Positions 50,701-63,069 of a stretch of 64,000 nucleotides of DNA are shown one piece after another. This DNA is from Carcharhinus longimanus. Its lineage: Eukaryota. Below the pieces are notes generated by a model. The model worked only from the letters and a program-made list of their open reading frames with translations. It had not been told where the DNA came from and did no database searches. Each line of letters opens with the position of its first letter. Within the stretch, counting starts at the first letter, position 1. Made by a program: the position numbers and the translations under genes. Where the stretch lies: assembly GCA_030264375.1 (NCBI GenBank), contig JASCQW010000001.1, positions 48,041,424-48,105,423 on the forward strand, written 5' to 3'.

Positions 50701-51009
50701 AATGTGTCGTAGACATAGCTGAGATCGCAGCACAGATTGACGTTCAAGTATTAGACCTTGCAGACCCCTGTGGTTCTGTAACTTGCAGAGCAATGCACTT
50801 ACTGAGCCATTAGGTAAGCAGACATTCAATTTAGAACCAAACACAGTTGATACAAATGGTTATTTCTAGTGTCCTCATTATTGTTTTTAAATAACATGGA
50901 TACTGAAATGCAGGTGGAGCAAAGGTGCATTTACTTGCTTGTGTTCATTTTTTTAGTTGGTAAAAAGCTGTGAAGCTTTTATGTTTCTATGGAGTCTCTA
51001 TGTTTCTGT

Positions 51010-51140
51010 GGCTAAAGGAATCAAGGGATATGGGGGGAGGGGGCATCAGGAAATTGAATTTGATGATCAGCCAGGATCAAAATGAATGGTGGAGTGGGCT
51101 CGAAGGGCCAAATGCCTCCTCTTGCTCCTAGGTTCTATGT
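51010..51140 (+). mobile_element. CR1 3' UTR
   Basis: GGAATCAAGGGATATGGGG...GGCTCGAAGGGCCAAATGCCTCCTCTTGCTCCTA. Confidence 0.8.
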
Positions 51141-51899
51141 AACTAAATGCTGCTACCTTCAAGTGTTCGCAGAGTAATGCCATTGGATTACAAATCACAA
51201 GCAATGAACTTTGAGATTTGTTTGGTGAGCAGGTTTTCCACAATCTTTACATAATATTTGGAAGGGGTTGTTCCACTTTTGTCAGAGCCAGAGCAATGTT
51301 CTATTTAATTTAATGCTTTAAGTAATTTACGTAATTTTTTTAACTACCCTTATGCATCGTAAATGCTTTAAAGCTGCAAAATACTGGAATGGAGAAAAGG
51401 CCAAAAATAATAAACCAAACACATGCAAAGAGACAGCAATAATGAGCTCATAGTGAAAACTTTTACAGCCGTGTACTCATGGAGTAGATGGTTAAATAAA
51501 GTAAACCCAAGCTGTCACACACTGTCCAATTTGTCAGGCTGACAGCTAACATGCTGTCTGGTACTTCTTTCGCTCTTGAACAAGTGAAATAGTGGACAAA
51601 TTTTAAACCAAACACAGTTAGTGTAGCTCCACTTGCCACCCGTCGGTGGACGAACCTGACACATTTGCATGAGACCTGTGTCCACAGAAAATTCTCCAGA
51701 TCTCACAGAAACCCATAAGGTTGATAAATCCGTCCAATGTCCTTGAGCGTTTATTGAATCGAAAAACCGAGGTGAAAGGCTGAGCCAAATACTTTCACAA
51801 TGGTTAAAAAGAGCAATTTAAGGAAACCATGATGAACTGTCAGGAAAATCAAAATGCATCACAAAGTGAATTCTATTTGAATGCCGCAACTGTTTTAAG

Positions 51900-52186
51900 G
51901 CAGACAAGTGCAGCAGCCATTTTGCACATCACAAGATCCCGCTAACAGCAACAAGATGAATGACCTGTTAATCTGCTTTTGATGGTGTTGGCTCTGAAAG
52001 AAATGTTGGCCAGGATACCAGAATAACAAACTGTTTTTCTTCCAATGATGCTGTGAGATTTTTAACATCCACCTGAGCAACCAGACAGGCATATTTCTCC
52101 ACTACAATACTTCAAAAGCACTAATTGGACGCGAAGTGCTTTGCTACATCCTGAGGTTGTGAAAAGCACTATGCACATCCTTTTCT
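51900..52186. mobile_element. Deu-SINE: minus-strand core (51900-52090) fused to a plus-strand tail (52095-52186)
   Basis: GCAGCCATTTTGCACATCACAAGATCCC...TTGGCCAGGATACC...ACATCCACCTGAG, then TACTTCAAAAGCACTAATTGG...CATCCTGAGGTTGTGAAAAGCACTAT. Confidence 0.7.
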
Positions 52187-52450
52187 TAATAGTGACAACC
52201 AAAATATGGCTGGAGTTGGGTACGGGCTGGCAATTAAATGCATTGAAGTAAAAATCATGTAGGAGAGACAAGGAGGAGAGGCGGAAAAGTGATAAGGTCA
52301 CACCATTAGAAAGAACAGGGTAGAGAAGATAGCACTACGAGCCTTTATCTNNNNNNNNNNNNNNNNNNNNNNNNNNNNNNNNNNNNNNNNNNNNNNNNNN
52401 NNNNNNNNNNNNNNNNNNNNNNNNNNNNNNNNNNNNNNNNNNNNNNNNNN

Positions 52451-53478
52451 GGTCATTGTTTTTTAACTGGTCGGCGCAACATCGTGGGCCAAAGGGCCTG
52501 TTCTGCGCTGTAATGTTCTATGTTCTAATTACCTGGAAGCTTGAGAAGACTATAGTTCCCGTGGCTGTCTCCATAGCAATGCCTCAGTTAATCAGAATTG
52601 CCTTACCGAGCATAGAAACACAAAATAGGAGCAATAGGAAGCTATTAGGCCCTTCGAGACTGCTCTGCCATTCATTGTGATCATAGCTGATCATCCAACT
52701 CAATGGCCTGATCCCACCTTTCCTCCTATCCTTTGATCCCTTCACCCTAGACCTAACTGCTTCTTCAAAATATATAGTGTTTTGGCTTCAACTACTTTCT
52801 GTATAGCGAATTCCACAGACTAGCCACTCTAGGGTAAATAAAATTCTTCTCATCTCTGCCCTAAATGATCTATCCTCTGTCCTCATCTGTGACCCCTGGT
52901 TCTGGACTCCCCCACCATCGGGAGCGTCCTTTTTGCATCTACCCTGTCTAGACTTGTTAGAATTTTATAAGTTTCTATGAGATTCCCCCCTCATTCTTCT
53001 GTGCTCCAGCAAATATGATCCTAATCAACTCAATCTTTCCTCGTGCATCAGCTCTGCCACCCCAGGAATCAGTCTGGTAACCAATCAGCATCCTTTTTTC
53101 CTGCAGTATAAATTGTTGAGATTGAAATTTGACAGTCTTGCACTTGTCCTGATGAGCCCAAGCAAAAAGCTTTGGCAAGATGTCTCTCTTTTCAGCAATA
53201 TTCGAATTCTGTCTTACCTAAGAACATAAGAACATAAGAAATAGGAGCAGGAGTAGGCCATCCAGCCCTTCGAGCCTGCCCCGCCATTCAATAAGNNNNN
53301 NNNNNNNNNNNNNNNNNNNNNNNNNNNNNNNNNNNNNNNNNNNNNNNNNNNNNNNNNNNNNNNNNNNNNNNNNNNNNNNNNNNNNNNNNNNNNNNACAGA
53401 CGTTAAACTAACCGGCCTATAATTCCCTGCCTTTTGCCTGGCACCCTTCTTAAACAACGGCGTAACATTAGCAATTTG
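52451..53478. mobile_element. CR1 cluster (52451-52527 plus tail; 52611-53082 minus; 53220-53478 minus young copy collapsed in gap)
   Basis: TTCTATGTTCTA and AAGAACATAAGAACATAAG tails, and IANVTPLFKKGARQKAGNYRPVSLTS (start of the RT domain). Confidence 0.88.
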
Positions 53479-54239
53479 ACGAATGTCCATCAGGATTTAA
53501 TCAAACCAGTGAAAATCAAGTGGATTAACAAGCCGTGGGCTCCAGCAATTCAGTTGAGGATCTAGAGTTGTGATTCACGTGCTGTCTGCAAATAAAACAC
53601 ATATTATTTTTTAACTAAATATAGCACATGTTTTCCTGTCCCAAACTTTAAAAAAGTCTTTTAAACTTGGAGGGGTTAAAACACCCAGAGTGCTTGCAGA
53701 GGAACTTCAGGTGTCAAATAGCAGCACACACAATTTGGTGGGTTGAGCATGCAAATTTGGTCTATTTTTAAAAATAGTCACATTCAGTTTTAATTTTCAG
53801 TGTACCAACGCTGTGTCCTCCCCAGTGAGAAACAAGATACATGTAAGCATTTTCTGCTTTGTTTGATGTTTTCCCAGCTCAGTTTCTTTTGTGTTTGCAA
53901 ATTGCGTTCTAAAAAGTTCGACTTTTTTTTAACAGTCTCATTTTAAATACCAGTTGAAAAGATAATGTAATTGGTCAATTTTCCACCATTTGCTTGGACG
54001 ATATTCCCTGTGACCAGTGCGCATCATTTTTACAAAAACTATACCGACTGTTCATGAAGTAAAATAATGTAACACTTGGCCATTCATAAAGCAATGATGA
54101 GATGAGACCAACATGGGACTAACTGATACGATCGAACCACACCCAGATTTCTTTACATTTTCACAGTACATTCCCCTGAAGGCCCAATTGCTACATCAAT
54201 TGCCTGAGCTGTTTCCAAGCCAATGTTGATCTATATTAA

Positions 54240-54793
54240 AAACATATGAAAAACATATGAATTAGGAGCAGGAGCAGGCCATTCAGCCCTTAGAGCCTGC
54301 TCCACCATTCAATAAGATTGTGGCTAATCAGATAGTGGCCTCAATTTCACAATCTATCCACCTCTGCCTCAGCTATTCTCTCAGCATGAGAGTTCCAAGG
54401 ACTCGTGAACCTCTAAAAGAAAACATTTCTGTCTTAAATGGGAGATTCTGTATTTTTAAAATGTGTTCCCTAATTCTAGCCTCTCCCACAAGACTAAAAC
54501 CTTTCAATCTTCACCCTGTCAAGCCCCCTTAGGATCTTTTATGTTTCAATAAGATCACCTCTTAATTTTCTAAGCTCCAAAATACAGACACAGCCTTTCT
54601 TCATAAGAAAGCAACCATCACCATCACCCTACCAGCCCTCTCCCCGACCACTCCAGGTATCGGTCGAGTGAACCTTCTCTGAACTGCTTCTAATGCATTT
54701 ATACCCTTTTTTAAATAAGAGGACCAAAACTGTATGCAGTGTTCTGGATGTGGCCTCACCAATGCCTTGTTCAACTGTAGCAAAACATCACTA
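54240..54793 (-). mobile_element. CR1 3' fragment
   Basis: DVLLQLNKALVRPHPEHCIQFWSSYLKKGINALEAVQRRFTRPIPG. Confidence 0.88.
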
Positions 54794-54893
54794 NNNNNNN
54801 NNNNNNNNNNNNNNNNNNNNNNNNNNNNNNNNNNNNNNNNNNNNNNNNNNNNNNNNNNNNNNNNNNNNNNNNNNNNNNNNNNNNNNNNNNNNN

Positions 54894-55031
54894 TGATGTG
54901 GAGATGCCGGCGTTGGACTGGGGTAAACACAGTAAGAAGTCTCACAACACCAAGTTAAAGTCCAACAGGTTTAATTGATAGCGCAAGCCACGCTACCAAA
55001 TAGGCTTGTGGTGTTGTGAGACTTCTTACTG
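54894..55031. mobile_element. Penelope-like element terminal remnant with internal inverted repeat
   Basis: GATGTGGAGATGCCGGCGTTGGACTGGGG..., with a perfect 23-bp inverted pair CAGTAAGAAGTCTCACAACACCA (54930-54952) / TGGTGTTGTGAGACTTCTTACTG (55009-55031). Family assignment is from recall. Confidence 0.55.
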
Positions 55032-55257
55032 AACAAAATCCTGGCCAGGTTTTAATTGCAAGTTAAGCAAAGTAACGAATAGTGAGTATTTGGTTTATGC
55101 ATTGCAAGTATTTACTGTTGTTTAAGTAGCTATAGAATAAAGAAAAATTTAAGTATTTAAAGTCGACTTTGCATCTTTATTTGCTACCGATGTTTAAGCA
55201 CACATTTGTACAACAGCGTGGAGGCGGGGGCATAACTGAGGTATTTAAATGAATGCT

Positions 55258-55590
55258 TTATATCTGTCTTTACTAAGGAAGAGGACATAACTCAGACACT
55301 TGAAAGGTTTAAAATTAATAAGATTGAGGGATTTGATAGGCTGTCTGCACTCAAAGCTGATAAGGCACTAAGACTGGATGAGAAATATCCAAGGGGAGTG
55401 AGAGGGGAAATTGTGGAGGCACTGGCCATACCTTTCTGGGTGATGCCAGAGAACAGGAGAATGGCAAATGTTACACCTTAGTTCAAAAAAAAGCCATAAA
55501 GATAAGCCCAGAAACTCCAGGCTAGGCAGTTTAACCTCGGTGGCAGAAAAGCTTGTAGAAATGGCAACTTGGCACAAAATTAGTCGTCAC
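55258..55590 (+). mobile_element. CR1 internal ORF2 fragment
   Basis: GATGCCAGAGAACAGGAGAATGGCAAATGTTACACCTTAGTTCAAAAA (ANVTP.FKK remnant). Confidence 0.75.
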
Positions 55591-55721
55591 TTTGCCTCAG
55601 TGGAGTTGCCTTTGGGCTTGGCCCATAACTTCTCCCCACTGGAGTGACAGCTCAATGATCTGTCTGATGATTGGAACAGACCCAAGTGTGGCGTGATTCC
55701 TCTGAACTCATTCACACTAAC

Positions 55722-56152
55722 AGAAAGCATTCTTTCTGGTTGTACCACAGCTTGGTATGGTTCCTGCTTTGTCTAAGACCGCAAGAATCTACAAAAAGTC
55801 GTGAACAAAACCCAGTCTATCACGCAAACTAGCCTCCCATTCATTAACTCTGCCTACACTTCCCGCTGCCTCGGCAAAGCAGCTAGCATAATTAAGGACC
55901 TCACGCACCCTGGGCATTCTCTCTTCCACCTTCTTCCTTCGGGAAAAAGATACTAAAATCTGAGGTCACATACCAACCGACTCAAGAACAGCTTCTTCCC
56001 TGGTGCTGTCAGACTTTTGAGTGGACTTATCCTGCATTAAGTTGATCTTTCTCTTCACCTTAGCTATAACTGTAACACTATATTTTGCACTCTCTCGTTT
56101 CCTTCTTGATGAATGGTATGTTTTGTCTGTATAGCGTGCAAGAAACAATACA
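55722..56152 (+). mobile_element. Rex1/Babar LINE 3' fragment
   Basis: ATAATTAAGGACCTCACGCACCCTGGGCATTCTCTCTTCCACCTTCTTCCTTCGGGAAAAAGATAC...CTCAAGAACAGCTTCTTCCC. Confidence 0.88.
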
Positions 56153-56499
56153 TAATTTTACAAACTTTTAGCTGTCAGAGCTTTCTCATATTTCCTCTTC
56201 GCATTCCTAATTGCTTTCTTAAGTTCCACATCGAACTTCCTGTGTCTTAGTAAGGCCTCTGCTAATTTGCTCCTGTTATACCTGCTAAAAGCCTTTTTTG
56301 TCCTTCTCATCATATTGGATTAGTAATTCAGTGATAGTACCATTACACCACCACTTCTCAATCTTCTAAATGTCAATGGATACATGACCAACCTGTCCAA
56401 CTTTTCCATTAAAGTAATTCCTCCATTGCAGGAATCAGTCGAGTGAACTTCTGATTGTTTCTCATGCAATTATTTCCCTGTTAAATAAGGAAATTTAAA

Positions 56500-57635
56500 G
56501 GTGTCCTCCTGTATGAATCAAAAAGACTAATGCACAGTACAGTGAATTATTAATAAAGCTAATAGAATGTTATTGTTTACTGTGAAGGGAATCGATGACA
56601 AAGTTGAAGGTTATGCTTCAGTTGTATGGGGCATTAGTGAGACCCCATCTGGAAAGACATAAAAGCATTAGAAGCAATTCAGAGAAGATTTACTAAACTA
56701 GTACCCCAGAAGTGGTTGGGTTTCTTGTGAGAAAAGATTCATGAGATTAGATTTGTATCCACTAGAGTTTGGAAGAGTAAGGGGACTTGATCAAAGCCTT
56801 TAAATCCTGTGGAGTATTGACAGGTTGGATGTGGAGAGGATGCTTCCGCTTGTGAGAGAATCTAGAGCAAGGGGTCCCTGTTTAAAAATAAGGGGTTGTT
56901 CATTCAAGACAGAGATAAGGAGAAATTCTCTCTCTCAGAGGGTCTGAGTCTCTGGAACTTTCTGCCTCAAAAGGAAGTACAAACAGAATCTTTGAACATT
57001 TTTTAAAGCAGAGCTAGATAGATTCATGATTAACAAAGAGGTGGAAGGTTATCAGGGATAGGCAGGAATGTGGGGATGAGATTACAATCATGATCTTATT
57101 GATCATGCTCAAGGGGTCACATGGCCTACGCCTGCTCCTAATTTGTAAGTTCCTAAGGCGACCACAGCATTCTAGTTGTGGTTTCACCAATGCTTTGTAT
57201 AACTGCAGCAAAACATCTCTACTTTTATATTCCATTCCCCATGCACCAAACAGCAACATTCTATTTGCCTTCCTAATCACTTGCTATACCTGAATACTAA
57301 CATTTCCTGATTCATGTAGCAGACACCCAGATCTCTCCTCACCTCAGAATTCTGTAACCTCTCTCTATTTAAATAATATGCAACTTTCCAATTCTTCCTG
57401 CCAAAGTGAACAAGTTCAAATTTTCTTACATTTTATTCCATCTGCCAAATTTCGCAGTCATACGTCGGGACCCTTCATCTAAATCATTTATTAAAAATGT
57501 AAATAATTGACACCCCAACACTGATCACTGTGGCACTCCATTCATTACATCTTGCCAACCCAAAAGAGGGTTTACATTTACCCCTACTCTCTGTTTCCTG
57601 TTATCTAAACAATCCTCAATCCATGCTAATATGAT
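56500..57635. mobile_element. Two adjacent opposite-strand CR1 fragments (56500-57155 plus; 57158-57635 minus)
   Basis: IRKANRMLLFGAWGMEYKSRDVLLQLYKALVKPQLECC on the minus strand, and CR1 ORF2 end plus 3' UTR on the plus strand. Confidence 0.85.
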
Positions 57636-58817
57636 ACTCCGCACACTCACCCTGAATCAGTTAGCCTCAGCACCTTAGAGGCTGGAAAAAATAGCCATGT
57701 GCCAGAACTCTACCACCTCGTGCAAGCGAGGCCGTAAAATCCTGCCTATGGTCTTTGTTCCTGATTAAAGTCCAATGGTCCATGCTGAAAAGTCGGTATA
57801 CATGGATGCAGGCTGGGACCAGGTGTAAGTATAATACTCCTCATGCACTATCAACACTCACTACAATCAGTCATCACATGGGAGAGACACTGCTGGGCAC
57901 CACACTTGAACCAGAGAGCAAGAATTGAGAACAACTAAATAATTTGATGTTGAAATTCATTCTCAGGATGAGAGTGTTGATGACAAGGTTAGCTGCTATT
58001 GTCCATCCCAGTTGCTCTGAGACAGTGGTTTTGGATCTGCTTCACATAGCCATTTTAATGCAACTCAGTTGCTTGCTAGTACCTGCATTGTCCCTAAATT
58101 CTCNNNNNNNNNNATGTAGCAAGTTTGAACTTCCAGAATCATAATCACCGTACCTGTGACTTTTTCTGTGAGCATTTAATGAAAGTTGAACATTTCTCTG
58201 TAGGAAAATGTGCATGGTCTATTTATTAAACAATACCATATTGACTACATTCTTGAAGCCAAATGGTATGTTGTATAAACTAGGTTTAATTGGTTCCTTT
58301 GAGGAAGTCTGCTTAATGGAAATCAACTTCACCCAGTTGAATACTTCTTTAGTATTTTCCAGCTCAACTGACCAGGTGTAACTGTTCACACTCATGCAGA
58401 CATTCAAGCACTGTGCAGGGAACATTGGAAGAGGTAGCTTTTATGTCATAAACATTGTAGTGGTGGAAATCAGTTGCCATAATAGACCCAGGAGCAACTT
58501 GTCAGTAGATGAAATCTACCCACTGCTTATGCATCTACGACTTTGATCAAGAATCAAATTTTGCTATTTGCTGAAAAAAGCAAAGTAACTTCAAAAGAAA
58601 GTGGGCAATTGAATTCCAAAGTAAAGTTTCTCACTCCTTGATGTTGTAGCTGTCGGAAAGGCAGGGATTCTTTGCTGGATCAAGAATTTCCATCTATGGC
58701 TGCAGTAGTGTGAAGTTATCCACTTCAGACGGGAAAGAGAGTGCAGAGTTTTATTTAAATGATGATGGTTTAGGAAGTGGTGATGGATAAAGAAAACTGG
58801 CCATCCCAGAGCACCAG

Positions 58818-59488
58818 TCACTGAAAGCAAGCATGCAGATACAGCAAGCAGTCAGGAAGGCAAATGGTATGTTGACCTCCATTGCAAGACGACTTGCAGG
58901 AGCAAAGCTGTCTTATTGCAGATTTACAGGGACTTTGTGTGCAGTTTTGGTCCCCCTATCTAAGAAAGGATTTATTTGCCATAGATGGAGTGCAACAAAG
59001 TTTCATCAGAATGAGTTAAAGTTTATTTATTAGTCACAAATAGGCTTATTATTAACATTGCAATGAAGTTTCTGTGAAAATCTCCTAGTCACCGCGCTTC
59101 TGCACCTGTTTGGGTTAATGTACCTAACCAGCATGCCTTTCAGACTGATTCCTGGGATAGCAGAATTGTTTTATGGAGAGAGATTGAGTCAATTGGGTCT
59201 GTATTCACTGGAATTTAGAAAAGTGAGAGGGAGTCTCATTGAAATTTACAAAATCATGATAGAAATGGATCGACTGGATGCAGGGATGTTATTTCTTCTG
59301 GTTGGTGGGGGTTGGTGAGGGGGAGGTGTTGGGGATCCAGAACAAGGGGTCACAGTGTCAGGATGCTGGGTAGGCCATTTAGGATGAGGTAAGGAGAAAT
59401 TTTTTTCACTCAGAGGGTAGTGAACCTGTGGAATTCTCTACCACAGAAGACTATTGAGGCCAAGTCACATAACATATTTAAGAAGGAA
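58818..59488 (+). mobile_element. CR1 fragment with an inserted SINE tail (59016-59135, minus)
   Basis: MQIQQAVRKANGML and LIPGIAELFYGERLSQLGLYSLEFRKVRGSLIEIYKIM. Confidence 0.85.
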
Positions 59489-61147
59489 AATCCCAGCAAT
59501 GACCATGACTGGGGCAATGAAGTTCTTGTGTCCTGTTAGGAAGCAGGTGTGTTGACAGATTTTGAGGAACAAAATGTGCAAAAATAATTTATTGCTTTTG
59601 AAATGCAATGTAACCTTTACCCAGCCTGTAGCTGTAGGGAAACATTGCAGAACTCAGAGGTTTATAATTGCTTTAATTTTCCTCCAGAGTTGGAAGAATA
59701 AAGTTTATAAGGTATCATTTGGCATATGGGTTGTGGTTTTAAAAGATAAATGAGGATCACACCCGTGTAGTTTTTATTCCTGATCAATTATTTCAATGAA
59801 TTAATGTAATTAAGTAGATAATTGTCTGTTTAAAAAAATACTCAGAAAAATGGAGGTTGCAAAATGGCTTAATTTTCATTCAGAATTCTTCATTCAAAAT
59901 GTGAATGTAATTAAACAACCGACTATAATATTAAAGAAAGGACCTCATCAGATTGAAGATTGTAAAATGAAGACGCTTTCATTCAGAGCTGTTATCTTGT
60001 GGCGCCTGTGGACACACTTTGCAAAGAAAATTGAATTCAGAAGGGAAGTTGAAAATTGCACGCCAGCATTTCCCTAATAAAATAATGATTTTTTTTATTA
60101 TTGGAGAGTGTTATTTAGGTTAATATAGCTGTCATTCAATGTGTGAAAATTTTTGTAGGATTAGCAGATCATTTTTCACACTTCGGATACTAAAATGTTG
60201 TCATTGGGTTTATTTAGCATATTGGTGCTCATACACTAAAATAAAATACAGTCAAGCCGATGCACTTCTTGTGTGACACTATTAACTCATCACCTTAAAT
60301 TGCTCCCACTGTTAGTGACAGACATGTAACCACAAGTACTTTACTCTACTGTTATGCGGCTAAAAATGCTCTCTAGAGATGGCTGAAGTTGGGAATGACA
60401 AAAGAAGTGCATAATAATATTCTGGGTGCTTTTTGCAGTTAACGCGCAGAACACAGTATAAAAATCTCACTTGCCCAACATTTTACTTGACTGAAATTGT
60501 GGTACTAGAATTGGAGGGTGACGCAATGATCAGTTCAGGATCAGTTTTTCTTTCCTGATTTTTTCACAAATTTATTTCCATATTTAATCAAGTGAAAAAT
60601 CATGAAATGTCTTAAATTTACATAACTATGTGCATTCTCTAAAGCAGAAATTTGTTCAAACCTCCAGCTAACAAAATAAGAAGAGGTCAAGACCAATACT
60701 AAATTATAAAGGGAATTACTGTCACATTTGTTGCAGGAGAGAACACTTAAGCTGTAGATCAGATCAATTCTATACCAACTCCCGAAAGGGCTGATTACGA
60801 GGTAATAATTGGGTGTGATAGGAAGAGGAAGACGACAATTCCATTTAATTGAGAACAATTTATTTTACTTTAAGTGTGTCCCAACTGAATAAATGTAAAA
60901 ATTAGCAAACAGAGGAATTAATAAGTAGTAACAATGCAAGTGATACAACGAAGGAAATAAAGGAAATGCCTCATTGATCCTCATATTTCAAAGTGCTTTT
61001 TGTTTTATTTTCCTTCCATGTTTTCTTAAGTGGACTGATAAAACAAATTTATATAATTCAAAGTATTGGCTCTTTCTAGATGAATACATTAAACTGGTTT
61101 GAACGTTCTTTTGCCAAATTCAAAACTATTCAATTGTTGGGACTGTG

Positions 61148-61272
61148 TCAAAAGCAGATGCTGGAAATCAGGAATTAAAACAGAAAAGGCTGGAAATATT
61201 CAACAGGTCAAATGGCGTCTGTAGATAGAAAGATAAGAGTTAACATTTCAAATTAATAACCTTTCATCAGAA
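61148..61272 (-). mobile_element. Penelope-like terminal repeat remnant with decayed hammerhead core
   Basis: GCAGATGCTGGAAATC...CTGGAAATATTCAACAGGTC...GTTAACATTTCA...CCTTTCATCAG. The minus strand reads CTGATGA-AAGGTTATTAATTT-GAAA-TGTTAAC. Confidence 0.6.
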
Positions 61273-63069
61273 CCAGTTGGATTAGTGGTCGGATTGTGGC
61301 TTAGGTTCCCTCATTTGTTTAAAATTAAACTGCTAAGTCCAAAATGAAATGGTGTTAGTCCTGTGCATTTATTGTACAACCAAGCACTTAGTGAAATTCA
61401 TAGAGACATGATGCCACTGAAGGTTCCAAGATAGAAGGTCGCCAAATGGATGCCAGGGTTATGTTAACTACTGAACCACACCAAGTGTGGTGTTTCTCAA
61501 AAGAGGATAAGAAAAGGCAAGGACAGCAAATGCCATTTAGCTCATCGAGACTAATCTCTCTACCATTCCCATTGGAAAATTCAATAGCACTTTAGGTGCC
61601 CCTGCACTCTACCTGGCAGCTGGTTGCATTCATTTATCAGTAGTTACGAAGATTTTCCAACTATATTCTTTGAAGTTTCTTTCGTCAGTGTAAATCTGTG
61701 GCCTGGCTTTGGCTTAATCTAAGTTCATGCTCTGTGTTTATATTCACTGCAATTTTTCATGTGTTGTAGATAGGTTGAGGAGCCAGAGACCCAACACATT
61801 ATTTCAAGGAGGTTGAGCATCTTTACCACTTTACATTGTCACTGTTGCCAGTCTCAACACCTCACACCATTTGGCACTCCCAGGTTTCTGTTTTGTACCC
61901 AGTTGTGGGGAGCTCTGCATCAATGTAGTGTATTTGACTGGTATTATCCTTCATTCCTTCTTTTTATTCGAGTGGGGATATTGCCTCTAACCATTGCCAC
62001 TCTCTGATGATGAGGCTATGAATAGGAACTACTACAAGAGGGATGATGCAAACAACCAATATATAATGCAAACCATTATGCCACCAGTTTGATGTGTGAA
62101 AGAATCTGATCTCAGTAGTTCATGACTGTTTTAAAGCTTCAATAGTTGTTTGACTCGCTTGGAAGAACTATCTTTTAAAGCCACTCTTACATTAAGAAAT
62201 GTGCTTCAACGTAAGGGTGAAAATAGTAAGGTTTCCAATCCGTAATGAGTAGTATATGCAATCTAACAATATGCATCTATTTCTAAATATATTCATCAGT
62301 GATTTGAGTACAGAATATGTTGGTGTTATGTTAGATTGTACTCGTTACTGCTTGGGGTATGTTTCCATTCTGTGGTCTCTGCTAGCGTAAAGCCTTGCTT
62401 GCAAGGAGAACATTATCATGAATTGAATGTGTAAGCCCCATGACTTTCCACCCATGAAAAAATGAATGATAACACATGGCAGCTGCCTGTCCATGTTCCT
62501 GATATGTGGTCCCATTGCACCAAATATATGCACCAAGTTCTGAAGATAAAAAATTTACCATTTTAGAGAACAAAAATTATGTAAGGTGATGGGTTCTATT
62601 TTGGTTACAAGAGTTATAGATGTGATTGATAGGATTCGTGATCTGAATATCCTGACAGCAGCCCTCCATCCCAGTCATAGTGGAAGACCATAGATGAATC
62701 AATGGGGGAAAGCCTGGCAAGCATAAACAGCTGGTGTGCCGGGAATAAAGTAAACAGATAGCACTACTCCCTCATTTACTGAGAACACGGGTGAGTTGTT
62801 GATGTGTACCTCTTGCTTCCAGCAGCAATAATTTGAAATGCACAAAGAAAGACCATTTTACTACAATTAGCAAATGCTAAATTTAAATAAGCAATAAACT
62901 CCAATGGAGGTTGGATCCTGAAGTAGAGTTCATATAACCACATTGGTTTACTTCCAACATTAATTTTGATTATATATATTCCCTTCTGTTTCTTTGTCCT
63001 CTTGCTCTCCTTTTAATGCTCATTCTCTTCTGTACTTTTACTTCTGAAGCTACAGATATCAGTGGGTCA

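Noticed and set aside
60737-60801. Possible 65-nt cassette exon (TTGCAG|...GAG|GTAATA)
   Set aside because: Weak polypyrimidine tract and donor, frameshifting length and no TCF4 peptide match. Unsupported without RNA data.
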